Shown here: piece after piece, positions 25,474-32,923 of the stretch
How positions within the stretch are numbered: position 1 is the first letter of the stretch
Layout: the number at the start of each line of letters is the position of its first letter
DNA from: a virus
Taxonomy: Duplodnaviria; Heunggongvirae; Uroviricota; Caudoviricetes
Direction: 5' to 3' (one strand)
Virus record (IMG/VR): IMGVR_UViG_2623620501_000013
DNA length: 32,923 nucleotides
Notes under the pieces: generated by a model
The model's input: the letters and a program-made list of their open reading frames with translations, nothing else
What the model was told of the DNA's origin: nothing
The model's database searches: none
Translations under genes and position numbers: made by a program

Positions 25474-26102
25474 TACTCACCTCCTTTGATGCGAATGCCA
25501 GCGGCGCGTGGCACATTAACTTCCACGATTCGTACTGTTGGTTTGTACATCTCAATCGCTGTCAGCCAGTCAGCTCCTGTCATGCGCTTTTCCGCATCGC
25601 CATTAGTCCACTGAACTGGTACACCAATAGCCTTCATCGCGATTTCTATTTCCCCGGCAATGGCGCTTTTTCCGCAACCAGTAAAACCAGAAACAACGAC
25701 AAGAACTTCGCCTTTGGCTGGTTTTATTTCCCGTGCTTCCAGTTCTGCTATGCGCTTCTCTGCGGCTTCCAGCTTGGCTTCTGCATCTTTGGCTCGCATC
25801 TGCCAGTTGATAGCGATGTCGATAACGCTGTTAGCACAACTGGACTCATTCTCTTCGGCAGCTTTAGCTTCAGAAAGCTCATCAAGCAGTCCAAGAACAA
25901 CAGTTGGCGTGGCGAGCGTGATAAAACGCATATTGCTCATATGCTCTTCATCGCTAACATCATCGCCAGCCTCGACCGCTGCCATGTGCTGAACATAGCC
26001 GCTATCACAGGTATTCCAGATTGCCCCTGCCTCGTGCCCCCATTCACCATGTAGCGCTTTTTCTGCCGCCTCACGCAGTGCCTGATAGTTAATTTTGCTC
26101 AC
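25473..26102 (-). CDS. Ea22-like protein with a C-terminal Walker A (P-loop) motif
   Basis: Probable GTG start at 26102 preceded by AGGAGG. N-terminal SKINYQALREAAEKAL... resembles ead/Ea22-like proteins as I recall; coiled-coil middle; C-terminal VLVVVSGFTGCGKS. Confidence 0.5.
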   Translation of the reverse strand: MSKINYQALREAAEKALHGEWGHEAGAIWNTCDSGYVQHMAAVEAGDDVSDEEHMSNMRFITLATPTVVLGLLDELSEAKAAEENESSCANSVIDIAINWQMRAKDAEAKLEAAEKRIAELEAREIKPAKGEVLVVVSGFTGCGKSAIAGEIEIAMKAIGVPVQWTNGDAEKRMTGADWLTAIEMYKPTVRIVEVNVPRAAGIRIKGGE

Positions 26103-26463
26103 GGGTTGCCTCCTGTTCATTTCCCTTGTTCAGTTTTCGTCTGCATACAGCGCAATCATCGGGGCTTTCGAAGCTGTCTGGTTCGCGTTCACCAGAGTAC
26201 ATCCATCTGCGGCAGATACTGGTTACTTCATTCTCGGCAAAATAATGATATTTTTTCGACCTGGCTGGTCTGCCCCATCCAGCTGTTCTCTCGCTCACAT
26301 CACGTTTTAATCCCCCCGCGCGGACCTCCTTTAGCTCCAGAAGGGCCAGCCTCAGAAGCGTCCACCACTCACTGTCTGCAACCGGCTCCATATCAAGCGC
26401 TCTGTCAGCATCAGCAATCAGTCTGGTCAGGCTCTTATCGCTTATTCTGGTTTGCTGGCTCAC
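26089..26463 (-). CDS. Hypothetical protein with zinc-ribbon-like Cys motif
   Basis: Probable GTG start at 26463 preceded by AGGAGG; C-terminal ...SICRRW...DDCAVCRRK...; the ORF is open from 26502. Confidence 0.45.
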   Translation of the reverse strand: MSQQTRISDKSLTRLIADADRALDMEPVADSEWWTLLRLALLELKEVRAGGLKRDVSERTAGWGRPARSKKYHYFAENEVTSICRRWMYSGEREPDSFESPDDCAVCRRKLNKGNEQEATREQN

Positions 26464-26749
26464 TGGTTGCCTCCTGTTCATTTTTTTCATTCCGGTACAC
26501 AAGAATTACGACATCTCCCCGGGTAATTACGCGTGCGGGGTCGCCCTGTTGCATATGGTCAATATCAAACGCGTCATTAAACGCATTTAGCGCCTTCGCG
26601 CGCTTGTCTTTACAACGACGTTTTTCACGCTGCTTAAAGAGCGAAGAAATCAACCACCTGAATGACATAAAAGTGATATAGCCATAACCGATAAGCGCCA
26701 GACCTGTATTCATGGCTACATCTATCGTTATCGTTTTATCAATGACCAT
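26435..26749 (-). CDS. Small membrane-anchored hypothetical protein
   Basis: 104 aa; N-terminal hydrophobic segment (LALIGYGYITFMSFRWLISSLF); ACAGGAGGC ribosome-binding site before the ATG at 26749. Confidence 0.45.
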   Translation of the reverse strand: MVIDKTITIDVAMNTGLALIGYGYITFMSFRWLISSLFKQREKRRCKDKRAKALNAFNDAFDIDHMQQGDPARVITRGDVVILVYRNEKNEQEATSEPANQNKR

Positions 26750-26969
26750 TGCCAGCCTCCTGTTTTGCCACTTTAAACGCCCGTAACATCGGGACCGTTT
26801 TACCGCTGATGACAGTGTTCATAACAATACCGATTCCACTGTGATGTAACGCTCCCGGTGCAACAAACAGCGCAGCATCTACAACTCTGAAGTAACGGTG
26901 GAACTCCCAGAACCAGCAAGAAATAGTGATAGTTGCGGTGACCCCATGGTCATAAAATTCAATTTTCAT
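26739..26969 (-). CDS. Hypothetical protein
   Basis: 76 aa; ATGA overlap with the upstream gene stop at 26966-26969. Confidence 0.4.
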   Translation of the reverse strand: MKIEFYDHGVTATITISCWFWEFHRYFRVVDAALFVAPGALHHSGIGIVMNTVISGKTVPMLRAFKVAKQEAGNGH

Positions 26970-27193
26970 TTACAGTTAAACCTTCTCTTATGACGTTCTA
27001 CGGCAGCCTTCATATTGTTGTGCACGGTTCTTTTAATAATCCGACGTCCCACACTGTCATAGAACCGCCACCGGGAAGCCCCCGGATATCCGGGGAACTC
27101 AACCACCGCGCTACCGTCATTCATCCTGTATTCGTGGCGTTCTCCGGGCGGCTGGTATATTGCTTCGGTAACACTGAGAAGTTTAAAAGCCAT
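26966..27193 (-). CDS. Hypothetical protein
   Basis: 75 aa; GGGGAGGG ribosome-binding site upstream of the ATG at 27193; 2-nt gap from the upstream gene. Confidence 0.4.
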   Translation of the reverse strand: MAFKLLSVTEAIYQPPGERHEYRMNDGSAVVEFPGYPGASRWRFYDSVGRRIIKRTVHNNMKAAVERHKRRFNCK

Positions 27194-27195
27194 CG

Positions 27196-27906
27196 TTACA
27201 CCCTCCCCAGTGCCAGCGGTCTGTTGCTCTGACCATTAACCCCCTGATGCAGTCTGGCGTTTTTCCCGGCGATAAAACCGGCAGTAGCGGCAAACTCTGC
27301 ACCCCGACACGCTTTAGCTGTGCGCATATCCCCGTCGCGCAGCCCCTTAGTGCTGTGCAGGTTCTTTCTGTAAAGCTCAAGGCGGCTTTTTTCTTCCGGG
27401 GAGACGTCATACACCGCAATGACATCACGGGCACCAAAGACCCAGCCTTCGCAGAACTGGTCGCCACGGGCTACCCGCGTGGACGGACCACAACGTTTGC
27501 AGTGTTTATCCTGATATTTCTTGCGCTCTGCCATCATCTGACGGGAAAGCACATCAAACGCGTAAGCCGCGATTTCCGGGCGGCTGTCAGAGCCATAAAA
27601 ACGCACGTGACGTTTGAGTGAACCAGAAGCCCGGTATTCGCCGGATATGTAACACTCGACACCGAAGGCTTTACAGACCAGGTCACACAGGATGTGCATA
27701 TAACGCGGCGGTGTACTGGCATCACTCGGCGCACCCGCGCTGGCAGCTTCCTGAATGTCGAACAATTCAGCGTCGTTTTCGCTGATGCCATGCTGGCGCA
27801 TATAAGCCTGGGCTTTTGCAATAGCGTTAGCGGCTTCTTCCGGGCTTGATGTTCCTCTGGCAAGGCGTAACAGTTTTTTGATTTTGGCAATGTATTTATC
27901 TTTCAT
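27196..27906 (-). CDS. DUF2786-like phage protein with Cys-rich C-terminal region
   Basis: 236 aa; N-terminal ...KIKKLLRLARGTSSPEEAANAIAKAQAYMRQHGI... matches the DUF2786 pattern as I recall; C-terminal region has several CxxC-type cysteines. Confidence 0.5.
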   Translation of the reverse strand: MKDKYIAKIKKLLRLARGTSSPEEAANAIAKAQAYMRQHGISENDAELFDIQEAASAGAPSDASTPPRYMHILCDLVCKAFGVECYISGEYRASGSLKRHVRFYGSDSRPEIAAYAFDVLSRQMMAERKKYQDKHCKRCGPSTRVARGDQFCEGWVFGARDVIAVYDVSPEEKSRLELYRKNLHSTKGLRDGDMRTAKACRGAEFAATAGFIAGKNARLHQGVNGQSNRPLALGRV

Positions 27907-28184
27907 GGTCGTCTGAACCTCAGCATCCTGAATTCTGAATTACGCAACTTCCGGCACGGCCTTCAGGAACGTGGGGAGTTCGTTCTGGCTGCGGCGCTGG
28001 ATGAACATCTGCTGTCGATTGAGAACTGGTCGCAAGACGATTAAAACAAACGATTGTCAGATTAATTTCGCGGGCGAATTTTTTTTGCTTAGCGATATTC
28101 ATAAATAAACTTCCTCAGATTCAGGCGTAAGCCAGCCCCGGCGGGTTTACGCCTGTTTTAAATAACAATTAAAAACAAATTAAA

Positions 28185-28376
28185 TTAATGCGGTGCTTTC
28201 AGTGTTTCGACTTTTACGAAATAAGGCTCGACATTAATTTCAACCACACAACCACATTTAAAATCTCTGACAGGTGAAACGGTTTTCACCACACGACCAC
28301 CACGCAACGCCGGATGTGCAGTGTGCATGAAGCGAGTCCCTACCGGATACTGCTTATTAAAGTTCTTCGCATTCAT
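28185..28376 (-). CDS. Hypothetical protein
   Basis: 63 aa; AAGGA site upstream of the ATG at 28376; overlaps the ANR-like gene end by 20 nt. Confidence 0.4.
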   Translation of the reverse strand: MNAKNFNKQYPVGTRFMHTAHPALRGGRVVKTVSPVRDFKCGCVVEINVEPYFVKVETLKAPH

Positions 28377-28590
28377 GGCGTGGCTTCCATCCTTTCAGGT
28401 GAGCATTAGCACAGAACTCGGCCCGGTGTTCCGCCCAGATGCGGCGCAGGGTGCTACACGGGCTTTGTGCTGCCTTACGCCACAGCTTTTCAGCCTCGGC
28501 ATAATCGCCGCGTTGTTCTGCTCTGGACGCGCCCAGCGAATACGCCGCGCAACTATTTCCGGCTCTGTACTCTTTGATATCCTGATGCAT
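28357..28590 (-). CDS. ANR-like small regulator (AraC negative regulator family candidate)
   Basis: Start ATG at 28590, 1 nt after the upstream stop (MHQDIKEYRAG...); contains ...RGDYAEAEKLWRKAAQ...RIWAEHRAEFCA..., resembling ANR-family small proteins as I recall. Confidence 0.45.
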   Translation of the reverse strand: MHQDIKEYRAGNSCAAYSLGASRAEQRGDYAEAEKLWRKAAQSPCSTLRRIWAEHRAEFCANAHLKGWKPRHECEEL

Positions 28591-28591
28591 G

Positions 28592-29236
28592 TTAAACCCC
28601 TGCAATATCAAGCGGGATTGCGCGGTATTCAGCAGAATCACCGACGCGCTCATACACGCGGATATAGCTTTTGCTGCCAATTACCTGGACGGCTTCACCA
28701 ATCAGTTTCATGGCGTTATCCCAGCGTTCCTCCGTAATATCGAGACGACGCAGAGCCAGAACGCGCCCGGTGTTAATGTTGCCTTCCTTGTCCGTGCTGA
28801 ATGCTTCACTGATGATGGCTTTAATTTCAGGGCGCGCTCCTTCCGTCCAGTCAGCCAGACAGTCATCAATCAGTGCCTTCGCGGTCTGAATGCGTTCATC
28901 AAGCGCGATACGGTCCTGCATGGCGCGCTGAATCTTGTAACGCCCGTCAAAGCTGTAAAGTGTGATATTCCCTTTTTTACCGCCTTTCACAGCGCCGTAT
29001 TTCTCCGCCGACAGGTCAATAAATGCCTGAATATCACCAAACGCACGCAGTTTCAGTTCACGCAGTGAGGCAGAGGCAGCAATCACCATCTCCACAAGCT
29101 CACCGACCAGCTGCTCACGGTCGCGGTCAATATCTTTGATAAGACTTTCAGGCGTCATCACACCACGGGCATCAACCCAGTAGCCTTCCTGCACTTTATT
29201 TTTTGTATATTGCTTAACTTTATTTTCAGTCGTCAT
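28592..29236 (-). CDS. DUF3164-like conserved Mu-like early-region protein
   Basis: 214 aa; size and position in the semi-essential early region; family assignment is from memory. Confidence 0.5.
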   Translation of the reverse strand: MTTENKVKQYTKNKVQEGYWVDARGVMTPESLIKDIDRDREQLVGELVEMVIAASASLRELKLRAFGDIQAFIDLSAEKYGAVKGGKKGNITLYSFDGRYKIQRAMQDRIALDERIQTAKALIDDCLADWTEGARPEIKAIISEAFSTDKEGNINTGRVLALRRLDITEERWDNAMKLIGEAVQVIGSKSYIRVYERVGDSAEYRAIPLDIAGV

Positions 29237-29265
29237 AATTAAATTACCTCAGTGATATTTACAGA

Positions 29266-29481
29266 TTAATGTGTGTTATGTGCGCGAGGCGCAACATTTT
29301 CAGAAAAAAGATTCACGCCGTTATAGTCATTTCTGAGCGTTTCCTTGATAGCATCATGTAATCTTGTTGCCACCTGAAACTCCTTTTCGGAAGCTCCGTC
29401 CTTCGAATAACTCCCCGTGGTCTGGGTTAAAACACAGCCTTTTTCATCGGTATAGATAATTACTTCTAACTTAACCGCCAT
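29266..29481 (-). CDS. Hypothetical early protein
   Basis: 71 aa ORF 12 nt downstream of the preceding small gene. Confidence 0.45.
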   Translation of the reverse strand: MAVKLEVIIYTDEKGCVLTQTTGSYSKDGASEKEFQVATRLHDAIKETLRNDYNGVNLFSENVAPRAHNTH

Positions 29482-29493
29482 TCTGATTTCCTC

Positions 29494-29733
29494 TTATTGC
29501 CATACGACGGTGCAGCCGTCGATACAGGACGTTTTCACCACGCGGCGCAGGCCGCTGAATGTCTGGATGATTTCCGTTACCGGCCATACAGGGCCGCCCA
29601 CGGGCGGGCAGGCATAAACCACAGGTAAACGGTGATGTTGCCCAGTTACGCGACCGCCGGTGGTGTGGATGGCCACACGGGCACGGGAACGGACGGCGTT
29701 AATGGTCTGCTTGTCCATCATCTTGTTCTCCAT
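29494..29733 (-). CDS. Hypothetical early protein coupled to the B-like gene (Mu kil position)
   Basis: 79 aa; its ATG overlaps the MuB-like stop (TGATG). Confidence 0.45.
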   Translation of the reverse strand: MENKMMDKQTINAVRSRARVAIHTTGGRVTGQHHRLPVVYACPPVGGPVWPVTEIIQTFSGLRRVVKTSCIDGCTVVWQ

Positions 29734-30626
29734 CAGTGAATTAACATTTCTGCGAATTTATCAATGGCCTGCACACTGACCGGTGCATCGCTGATATCAC
29801 AAATCCGGTACACACCGCGAGCCAGTTTGAACAGGCGGCGGGCATTACCCAGTGAGCGTGCGTAGAGCGCCTCGCTGATTTCCGGTTCTGCTGCTTCCGG
29901 CATCAGCCCGGTAGCTATCTGGTTAAAATCTTCCTGCGACAGCGTATCGCCCAGGTTAAGCGCCAGCGCCACACGGCTGTATAACTGGGCGAACTCACCG
30001 CGACGTCCCTTGAGGTTAATCAGAAGGCGTGGCATACCCGCCAGGACAATCCCGATACCCGCTTTGTCATGCAGACGGCGCAGAACCTCCAGTGCGCGAT
30101 AGGGGAGCAGTTCAGCCTCGTCCACCATCAGCAGGCGACCGGAATCACGCAGTTCTCGCACACATGCATCAATCAGTTCGTGGATATTGCCGCGAACTTT
30201 TACCCCCAGCTGGCGGCACAGCTCCTCAAGCAGTGTTCTGGCTGTATAGCCCGGGTCGGCTTCAATCAGGACCGCATCCCGGTTTCTGGCGGCGTATTCA
30301 CGCAGAATCATTGTTTTGCCAAGACCTGCCGCGCCATACAGTACGCAGATTTCACATTCCAGGTGAGCATAGGCCAACACCTCCAGTCCTTTGGCAGCCA
30401 TACCGGTGGCAACAAATTTCGCTTTAATACGGCGGCTGTTTTCCTTTTCCCGCTCACGGGTCACAAAGGCAGAAATGCGTTCTTCAATATCAGCCATATC
30501 GCCCTGATATTTACCCTGTAAATACTGGTTGATAACGGCGCTGCTACGACCAATAGCACGGGCGACGTGGGTTTGCGTATAGCCGCGACGGGCCATTACG
30601 TCATTTAATTGCGTAATTAAACTCAT
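29733..30626 (-). CDS. MuB-like transposition ATPase
   Basis: 297 aa; N-terminal helix-turn-helix-like region, Walker A GAAGLGKT, Walker B-like LLMVDEAE; directly downstream of the transposase. Confidence 0.8.
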   Translation of the reverse strand: MSLITQLNDVMARRGYTQTHVARAIGRSSAVINQYLQGKYQGDMADIEERISAFVTREREKENSRRIKAKFVATGMAAKGLEVLAYAHLECEICVLYGAAGLGKTMILREYAARNRDAVLIEADPGYTARTLLEELCRQLGVKVRGNIHELIDACVRELRDSGRLLMVDEAELLPYRALEVLRRLHDKAGIGIVLAGMPRLLINLKGRRGEFAQLYSRVALALNLGDTLSQEDFNQIATGLMPEAAEPEISEALYARSLGNARRLFKLARGVYRICDISDAPVSVQAIDKFAEMLIH

Positions 30627-30644
30627 AATTAAATACCTTTTAAA

Positions 30645-32687
30645 TTAACGGTTGTTTGTGCCGTTTTTCTTTAAATTGCGTTCGCGTTCAGATGCGAATA
30701 AATAAAGTTCTTCTTTTTCCTTTTTCTCCGGGCGTTCCAGTCCATATCCCAGATTAAAGTCAGGCTTCTGCGTAATGGCCGGGGTAAGCTCGCGTTTAGC
30801 CTCTTCGATTTTCTGCGTGGCCCGTGCAATGCGGCCCTTGACGCGTTTCTCCAGTTTTTGTTCGATAACTGGTTTAGCGAAGGCATCAACCTTGTTACCG
30901 TTCCAGATGGCATCGCAGATATAAGAGCCATCAGCCCGCCGGACAATGACGCTGTTTGCATCATGAATATCGTAACTGACCCTGACTTCATTCCCGTGCT
31001 CTGCGGCCAGATCATATGAGTAATAAATATTGTTGAATAACTGAATTTCCCCGCGAAATGTTTTGCGCGTCACTTCCGGCCTGAACATTTCATGCAGTTC
31101 TTCCGGCGACAGGAAATCAATTTCAACATTCTGCTCTTTTATCAGTTTCCGGCGATACGCTGCCGGGCTGTAATGCTCGCCATCCTCTTTGCGAGGAAGG
31201 CTGCTGTGTGGCCGGTTGTTATAGCGTCTGACCTCCAGCTCTATGGCTGCCATCAGTTGCTCAAAGGTAGGGATTTCATCCCTCGCCTTAACCTGCCGTT
31301 TTGTCAGCTCTTTCCCTTTGTGGGTGGCCTTAATGGCTGACTGCATAATCCGTTGCTGCATCATTACGGTTTCCTTGTCTGCATCCCTTGCGCAGTACGT
31401 TTGGAAACTCAGGGCCACGTCTTTGGGTATTTCCTTGTTAACCCTTTCAATCACCCCGCGCCCCTGCGGGTTACCTGGTATCCCCGTGTGATGTTCCACA
31501 CCCAGACGGGGCAGAATCCCGGTAATATCGGCATCAAGCACCAGGTTTTTTTCGCCGCCCCCGTTATCGGAGTAATAAATCAGCGGTATCCCGTGCTGTG
31601 CCATGCCGTAACGTAACGCATCAGCAACGGCTATCACGTTCTCCGACAGGGACAGTGACCAGCCCACAATAAAGCGTTGTCCTGCATCCATAACCAGCGT
31701 CACTTCTGGCCGGAAAATATTGCCGGTCAGGGGGTTAAACGCGGTCATTTTCATACAGTGACCATCCCCGACCCATACCGCATTAACCGGTAATGATGTC
31801 CACTCGCGCCGCACAAAGGGATTGAGCGAACGCCAGGCTGAACCTGTGGAGCGGAAACGCTCTTTAACAATCACCGGGACGCTGCTTAACACCCGTCTTA
31901 CTGCGTGAACTGAAGGCAGTGCCGCCAGCATTCCCGCATCGTTCGCGTGTTTTTCATGCCACCAGGCTGAAAACTCGCGATACGCATATTCAACGGTCGG
32001 GCGCTTCCATGAGCGATAGAACATAAAGAAATCGCTCAACCACCAGACCTGCTCCCACGGTGTTCCCTTATGATGACCGGGAGCCAGTAACGCCAGTAAC
32101 TGATTGGCATCACCGCGCGCCATCACCCAGCTGGAGTACCAACTATCCAGGCTGCCTGTGCTGACACCGGTTCGCTTTCCCTGACGTGCATTTGCAGTAT
32201 TAGCTGCTTCGATAATGCGGTCAGGTAACGCCCCCATGCGCACACCATCAACGATGTGCTTTAACGCGGCCTTCCTTGTCATTCCGGCGTATTCACGCAG
32301 TTTATGCACTTCAGTAGCCAGCAATATCCGCGCATCAGCGATGGCCTTTTGCTTGTCAGTCAGTGCCTGGACTTCGCGTAATGCCAGTTCCGGGCATTTG
32401 ACCATCACCTCCAGTTCATCGCGAACGGCGACGTTTTTAACTGCCTTCTGCTCAACCACGGCGGGCAGTTGCGTATCTTCCAGGACCTGATGGGTCAGGC
32501 GCTTACGTAAAACTTTCTGCGCTTCAGCGGGCAGGCAGTCGATGTGATACTCGAATGCTTTGGTGCCTTCACGCTTGCGCTTCCATTCCGGGTGCGTCTC
32601 TGTGATCCGATTGAGCGTCCAGCGCACCCCCTGAACTGTACCGGGCAAACCAGGAAGACCGGCCAGCTCATTGGCTGAATAAAACAT
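30645..32687 (-). CDS. MuA-like DDE transposase
   Basis: 680 aa; size, position after the Ner-like gene (TAATG overlap) and translation consistent with the Mu transposase family. Confidence 0.85.
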   Translation of the reverse strand: MFYSANELAGLPGLPGTVQGVRWTLNRITETHPEWKRKREGTKAFEYHIDCLPAEAQKVLRKRLTHQVLEDTQLPAVVEQKAVKNVAVRDELEVMVKCPELALREVQALTDKQKAIADARILLATEVHKLREYAGMTRKAALKHIVDGVRMGALPDRIIEAANTANARQGKRTGVSTGSLDSWYSSWVMARGDANQLLALLAPGHHKGTPWEQVWWLSDFFMFYRSWKRPTVEYAYREFSAWWHEKHANDAGMLAALPSVHAVRRVLSSVPVIVKERFRSTGSAWRSLNPFVRREWTSLPVNAVWVGDGHCMKMTAFNPLTGNIFRPEVTLVMDAGQRFIVGWSLSLSENVIAVADALRYGMAQHGIPLIYYSDNGGGEKNLVLDADITGILPRLGVEHHTGIPGNPQGRGVIERVNKEIPKDVALSFQTYCARDADKETVMMQQRIMQSAIKATHKGKELTKRQVKARDEIPTFEQLMAAIELEVRRYNNRPHSSLPRKEDGEHYSPAAYRRKLIKEQNVEIDFLSPEELHEMFRPEVTRKTFRGEIQLFNNIYYSYDLAAEHGNEVRVSYDIHDANSVIVRRADGSYICDAIWNGNKVDAFAKPVIEQKLEKRVKGRIARATQKIEEAKRELTPAITQKPDFNLGYGLERPEKKEKEELYLFASERERNLKKNGTNNR

Positions 32688-32923
32688 TACGCCGCCTTAC
32701 TGGCATACCGGCTTGGCCAGATCTCCGCAGGTTCCACACCAATAGCATCGGCTATGATGCGTTCATATTTAGGGCATGAGCGATACAGTGCATTTTTTAA
32801 AGAGTCTTTTTTTAGACCAGCGCGTTCAGAAAGTTCACGCAATGTAAAACCTTTGGTGTGCACAGCGGCAACGATGTACTCGCGGTGCCAGTCTTTGTTC
32901 ATTACTTCATTTCTAACCATCAT
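32687..32923 (-). CDS. ner: Ner-like DNA-binding regulator
   Basis: 78 aa containing ...KDWHR... and ...EIWPSRY..., matching Mu Ner-family proteins; the start is at the window edge, so upstream signals are not visible. Confidence 0.75.
   Translation of the reverse strand: MMVRNEVMNKDWHREYIVAAVHTKGFTLRELSERAGLKKDSLKNALYRSCPKYERIIADAIGVEPAEIWPSRYASKAA

Noticed and set aside
25473-26102. Calling the Ea22-like protein a functional ATPase on the basis of the Walker A motif
   Set aside because: Only about 70 residues follow the P-loop and I see no clear Walker B motif, so an active NTPase cannot be supported from sequence alone. It is reported only as a motif.
27920-28102. 60-aa minus-strand ORF in the 278-bp intergenic gap
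   Set aside because: No ribosome-binding site, low-complexity translation, and it overlaps the hairpin region; more likely non-coding.
1-32923. CRISPR arrays, tRNA or rRNA genes, integrase or attachment-site signatures
   Set aside because: No regularly spaced direct repeats, no tRNA-like cloverleaf candidates and no tyrosine or serine integrase gene were seen. This is consistent with a transposable Mu-like phage, which integrates by transposition and whose ends lie outside this window.

Overview
This window is most of a Mu-like transposable prophage, read right to left on the minus strand, interrupted at its low-coordinate end by an IS66-family insertion sequence. From 32923 down to 1147 the order is: Ner-like regulator, MuA-like DDE transposase, MuB-like ATPase, about 20 tightly packed small early/accessory genes, a GemA-like gene, a Mor/C-family activator, a lysis cassette, a gp27-like putative small terminase, an orphan DNA methyltransferase, large terminase, portal, head genes F/G/I/T, tail sheath, tube, chaperone, tape measure and baseplate genes. 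The last baseplate gene (J-like) is cut by the IS66 end at about 1175, and the window opens inside the IS66 transposase gene. No rRNA, tRNA or CRISPR array was seen. The most interesting signals are a conserved about 30-bp motif repeated upstream of three late operons (probable late-promoter operator), a cassette of translationally coupled small genes sharing a repeated junction sequence and including a P-loop protein, an ANR-like small regulator, two secreted-protein morons and the orphan methyltransferase. All protein family calls are from reading the translations and from synteny with phage Mu; no database search was run.
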